NCBI GenBank assembly: GCA_000934665.2
Contig: JYFJ02001187.1
Span: forward strand, 62,001 to 88,228
Direction: 5' to 3'
DNA length: 26,228 nt
Source of the DNA: Catajapyx aquilonaris
Lineage: Eukaryota
The number at the start of each line of letters is the position of its first letter. Position 1 is the stretch's first letter. Below the pieces are notes generated by a model, which saw nothing but the letters and a program-made list of their open reading frames with translations, did not search any database and was not told the DNA's origin. The position numbers and the translations under genes are program-made. Positions 21,461 to 26,228 of this stretch are shown piece after piece.

Positions 21461-22982
21461 ACAGATCAAGTCTCAAAAAGCATAAGACACACTAACAATG
21501 GCCTCTCAGTTAAAATCATTAGCTGCTGTTCTTAATACAAAGCCAGCTGTTTCTTACATTATTTCCCAGCTGGATATTTAAAGGAGAACAATAGTTTGTT
21601 GTTGAAAAATCATGTTTCTGTTATATGTTAAACGCTTTCCTGCATTGAATGCATATTATTGGTAAAAGAATGAATGAATGCTGTAATTTCATAATGCACC
21701 TGGACCAATGAGGCCATCGTAAAGGATAAGCATTTTACTACTATTACTTATTCTGTCAATTTACAGGATAATTTTATAATTTGGAAGTTCAAACCTTCTC
21801 CTTGAATGAAGTTCCTGAATAATTTTCATACTCATTATGGAAGTATTTTTGCCAAATTTTCAAGAAAGACGCTGAAATTGGCTCTAATGTGTGACCCATT
21901 ACGTTGGGTTGTGTCATAAATGGATCTTGTGCGGTAAAATTGTCAGGCTTTCTCATTATTAAGTTTAAACCATTATGTACTGGAGGTCAACCATAATATT
22001 GTAAATTCACATAATTTTTAAAACATCACATGACCTTTAAAAAGCATGGGGGTTAAAGTCCAACATAATCTTGAAACTTAAAACCAAAGGTGTGAATTTT
22101 AAAAGTGTGAAACTGGCTAGAGGTTACATGATCACAGGTGATGTCATGAGTAACCAACGTCAACAATGCAGGCAACGTCAGTCATTGGGTTCATGTCTGT
22201 AGTCGCCTTCCAAAATGATATCTGATGCTCTTTTTTTGCTGTTGGATGTGACTGTCGAAAGGTGAGGATGACAGCTTGTTCTCTGTAGCATTACTATTTT
22301 TTTAGTACCAGGGCCATAGATGTCAAATAAGAGTGTCTAGCATGAATTGAAATGAATTGCAAGTGAAAGCATATGTGAGCAGTGTATCATTATGGCTGAC
22401 CAAATAGTTCAGAATAATACTGAGGGGTTATTCCAAAGCTGAACTGAGGCAGTGACCCTTTCAGACATCCAAAATGCCCTCATAGTAGTCTGATACGCTG
22501 AGGAAATACACCCACTGCCATATGTTTGCCATGCTTTCATTGTTGACCAGGTGATTGATGATGTCACGAGTAACACTACCAAGAAAGATCAAGACGTAGT
22601 AGGCAGGGGGCAACTCTTCTCTTTTATTCGCGTTTTAATTGGGTTGAAGGCATTTTTATCATGACATGTCACTTTGCAGATACTAGGGACCAATATGGAC
22701 ACATTCCCCAAATTTTCTCACAATTTTTGAATTTGGAGACAGTGGCCCATGAAATAAGTTATGTTATAAAATATATATGTTCTAAATCTGCAAGAGAGAC
22801 ATTTCACCTACTGGATATGTATCATCAAGTTAATTGTGCAGCATTATCTTGATTGTTTTAAGAATTAGTAGGCAACTAAGTATGATTGCCATATCATTAC
22901 TGCATTCCAATGGTAAGTGCTGTTTGGCCAGTTTAAATGCTGAAATAATACAGAGGTACTTTTTATTATGTCACTAACTCTG

Positions 22983-23085
22983 CAGCATATTCCTCGACCC
23001 AAAACAAGTGAAAAATGTAGGGGTGAGAAATGTCTGCAAAGTAACTGTTAACGACGCAGATGATAGCCTAATGATTGGGCCAACA
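22983..23085. mobile_element. MITE family A, solo arm fragment
   Basis: cagcatattcctcgacccaaaacaagtgaaaaatgtaggggtgagaaatgtc matches 15644-15700. Confidence 0.65.
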
Positions 23086-23390
23086 AAGCCATGTTGACAA
23101 GTGTTTTGGATCACCTTGTTTATAACCATGTAATGACATTGATCTTAGCTACTATTGCACACAAACACTAGGTTGATCATTTTATGGACCATGGGGGCAG
23201 ATTTTGTAAGCCTGTGTCAAGTGCACTCACCACCAAACCTATTTATTTGTCTCCTAGACAAAATTTTTGTGGGTGTCTGAAGATGTGAAGGGTACTCCAT
23301 GCATGGTCTGGACCAAGGTTTGGGAGTGGATGGAAAATGTTCAGACATTCCACTTGAATTCTTTGAGAAGAACACAATAATGCCTGACTT

Positions 23391-23774
23391 TGGAGAGGGG
23401 TGGTGGCCGAGACGGTAACGACTCGGCTTGCTGAGCGAAAGGTCCCAGGTTCAATCCCCACCTGGGAGTTCCCTTTCGCGTGCATCAGGAAGGTCTCTGA
23501 CCCGCGCCTTGGAGGCGTCTGGCAACCTAACCTCCAGGGAGACGGCACATGGCAGTTTCAGAGATTGCACTTGCACCCGTGTCTCCTCCCCAAAAATTCC
23601 CATTGGCTTCCCTATGTCTTTTCTCCCTTGCACGGTGTCCGAAGAAAATACATGAGAAAATAGTGAAGGAAAATGGTGGTGTTCCACCCCCCTGAAGGAG
23701 CGATTTTTCTCCCAATGGGGTAAGTAAAATAAAAATGAAAAATAAAACAAAATATTCGCCATCACATCCACGCC
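23391..23774 (+). mobile_element. tRNA-derived SINE (family B)
   Basis: A box tggccgagacgg, B box ggttcaatccc and an A-rich tail. Perfect 14-bp TSD ataatgcctgactt (23377-23390, 23775-23788). Confidence 0.92.
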
Positions 23775-23874
23775 ATAATGCCTGACTTCAAATGGCAGTT
23801 CATACACAGGCATTATACAAAGTCTCCAACAGTTTAAGTGGGGCACCTTGAAGCACTAAAATAATGGTCTAGAC

Positions 23875-24091
23875 CAGTGGTTCCCAACCTGGGGGTCGCA
23901 TGGTTGCTGCGGTAATTTTTACTTGCAATGAATTTTATAGGAAATTTCACCACACAAGTTTTTTAAAACACTTAACATGTTTTAATATGTCTGCACTACA
24001 TTAATCTTATACTAACACTTGTAGGGGGGATCGCAGGTTACATGACGATCATAAAAGGGGGTCGTTACCTGAAAAGGGTTGAGAACCACTG
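23875..24091. mobile_element. hAT-Charlie MITE
   Basis: TIR cagtggttcccaacc / ggttgagaaccactg and perfect 8-bp TSD gtctagac (23867-23874, 24092-24099). Confidence 0.92.
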
Positions 24092-25465
24092 GTCTAGACC
24101 TTGCGCCAAGTGACCTGTTTTGCCACCTCCAAAAAACTATTGGTACCCAAGAGCCTGTGAGGTTCCCAAGAGGTGAAGGAGTTTAGGTTTGTTGCCAAGA
24201 GTGCTCAACACAGTCTTAGAAATTGTGTTACCATGTTTCAATAAATGCTTCTGCTGTATGTGTGTATGGGTAGTGGTAAGTAAGGATATGTGCCATCATG
24301 TGGCTATGTTACATTCTGTGAGGAACTATGTTTTTAACGCATTACAGCCAAACTGCACTTACTTTTAGAAGCAGTAAGAAAAATAAGTAACTAGCTGTGG
24401 GACAAAAATTCTGCCCATTGGATTTATGCTAAATGTCTTCAAACAATTCAGATGTAAGAACAGGCGTGTGATCATTTTAAAACTGTGGTAATGGTCCTCA
24501 ATTAACTTACTGATCAACGTTATTATTTTTAATGTATTAAAATAATTGTCATGTGGGAAATAAGCCATACTGGGGTTCAAAATATACCCTTTCATATTTG
24601 ATGTTCATAGAAATGCCTGTAAATTGCAACTTGAGTGTCACGTTGGAACCACCTCAAAGTATGCCTCTTTCATTCTTTTATCAATTAAAAAGGCCATATT
24701 ACAGTCATGATATTGTGAAGTGTTACACTTTCATTGATGGTGTTCTGAACAATCAATTTGGAGATATGGAACCTCATTTATTATGATGTGGTTTATTGTG
24801 GGGTTATTGTTTGCTACATTGGTGAGATGATGGATAAAATATGAAAATTATTTGCCTGCACAGGGTGTACCACTAACTTCCTGGTGTGTGTCAGTTGTAT
24901 CGAGTAGGAATAAGTGAAGGTGTTAAAACTGTACGATACAAAACTGATGAAGCTATGGTTGTATGACACTGAAATGTCATATCGGACCATGAGGATAATG
25001 GAAATGTTTATTCTTCCACTGCCTTGGAAAATTCTCCAAAGTAACACTGCCATGGTTTCATTTTTTTTTCTGCCTCCCATGTGGATGAAAAGGCTGAAAC
25101 AATGTTGAAATATTGCAGACGGTGTTTTATGAAAAACAACCTTCCTGAAAGTTACCTTGGGCAAAGTCAGTGGAGACGTTCAACTCGATGACTAGTAATG
25201 GTCTTGCGAATTTGTCTGTACTGTGTTCCAAGTATCCAGGTCCTTTTTGCTTATTGAAAATTTCTACTGAAGTTGTTATTTTGTGTATCTTTTTGTGCCC
25301 TGATCAAGGTGACCATTTATTCCCATATGTGGTAGAACATAGCAGCTGCTGTGTAATAGGGCACCTCTGTCAGGGTGTGAAAAAGCTACTCAAAAATAAC
25401 AACTTCAGGCAAGTGATAACTAAAAGGGCCGGATACTTGGGAACATATTGTACAGTACCCTGCAT

Positions 25466-25707
25466 CAGGGTCCCCTACATGGTTGCCTCCCCCACCCTAA
25501 CCAGGGTATTGTCTCCACGTAGTCCTTATGGGGCGTCCATATTGGAGCTAGAGTGCATGCTGGAGGATAAGAAATTGGCAAGCGTCCAATTTTTTTTTTT
25601 TCAAGGACATTTTTTTACTGCATGCAGATCCCATCTGATTTAGATCCAATATGCCGGAGAGACAATACCCTGTCTAGGTGGGGGAGGCACTCATGGAGGT
25701 GACCCTG
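25466..25707. mobile_element. hAT-type MITE
   Basis: CAGGGTC...GACCCTG ends, imperfect arms of about 50 bp, and perfect 8-bp TSD ccctgcat (25458-25465, 25708-25715). Confidence 0.88.
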
Positions 25708-25967
25708 CCCTGCATTAATGGCCATGCACAGACATCGCCACCTGGCCAGATTGAGCGGAACTAGGCATCCAGTGGGCTGTGTCCAAAAATACTTTGATGA
25801 TCAAGACTGCTCACGAGTCCTCTCTAGACGGCTCAAGATATCGCGGTGGATTAACAGGCATTCGCTTGGTCCGTGTAATAACTGGTTCACAACCTCAATA
25901 CATTGATAGGAATCGCAATGGCCTTATAATTCATCCCACAGATATATCTGTGATCCGCTGTGATCTA

Positions 25968-26228
25968 CGAGGTGCAGTCAAAAATTACTTGCGCGTATTT
26001 TTTTCAAGCCATTGCGCATGACATTTACATATTTGTACTTCAAGGAACATGAAATCCAGCCCATGTGGGATTTTTTGAGAATGGTTTCAAATTTCGCGCT
26101 GACCGGACGCCTGTTTCGCAGCCCTGCAAACAGGGCCTTACCGACACTAGCAAAATGGCGGACTTCAGCAAAGCCAATCAGCGTGTTGTGGCGAGATTTC
26201 TTTTTCTGCAAGAGAAAAGTGCTCCTGT
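25968..26228 (+). mobile_element. mariner 5' end with start of the transposase (runs off window)
   Basis: TA|CGAGG terminus. ATG at 26155 opens MADFSKANQRVVARFLFLQEKSAP, resembling the mariner N-terminal QRxVIRFL..GKS helix. Confidence 0.65.

Larger units (their letters stand above)
23373..24260 (+). pseudogene. Highly decayed mariner transposase interrupted by a SINE and a hAT MITE
   Basis: Removing both inserts gives HNNA*LQMA ... LQQFKWGTLKH*NNGLDLAPSD, corresponding to mariner HDNARPHTA ... WEVLxHPPYSPDLAPSD. Confidence 0.65.

Noticed and set aside
21461..23370. Polyadenylation site of the exonuclease gene
   Set aside because: No canonical AATAAA was seen in this stretch, only variants such as AATACA near 21534, so the 3' end cannot be placed.
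24940..24980. Hammerhead-ribozyme-like ctgatga...gaaa
   Set aside because: I could not find the required stem II and flanking helices.
26086..26180. Promoter and first exon of a neighbouring host gene (E2F, YY1, CCAAT)
   Set aside because: A mariner-type terminus lies at 25966-25972 and the ATG opens a mariner-like N-terminus. The CCAAT lies inside that ORF.
1..26228. A novel multi-gene or prokaryotic-type system
   Set aside because: Only one host gene is supported, and most other visible structure is explained by transposon and SINE insertions.

Overview
Repeat-rich animal genomic DNA, most consistent with an arthropod. The window holds one plus-strand, four-coding-exon gene. Joining 1428-1532, 7256-8123, 13708-14400 and 20964-21460 at GT-AG sites (phases 0, 1, 1) gives an uninterrupted 720-aa protein with a Lys/Glu/Ser-rich N-terminus and an intact DEDDh 3'-5' exonuclease domain of the REX1/REXO5 type. 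The introns and flanks are a dense patchwork of non-autonomous DNA transposons: Tc1/mariner-type TA-flanked, hAT/Charlie, piggyBac-like, Sola3-like, P-like, Harbinger-like and Ginger-like ends. They also carry tRNA-derived SINEs with clear target-site duplications (TSDs) and decayed mariner and hAT transposase fragments, often nested several layers deep. I found no convincing new multi-gene system. The most interesting signals are modular SINEs sharing heads, cores and tails, a MITE closely resembling primate MER1, a four-motif mirror-symmetric element, and a symmetric exon carrying the whole nuclease domain. Superfamily calls rest on termini and TSDs read by eye, not on database searches.
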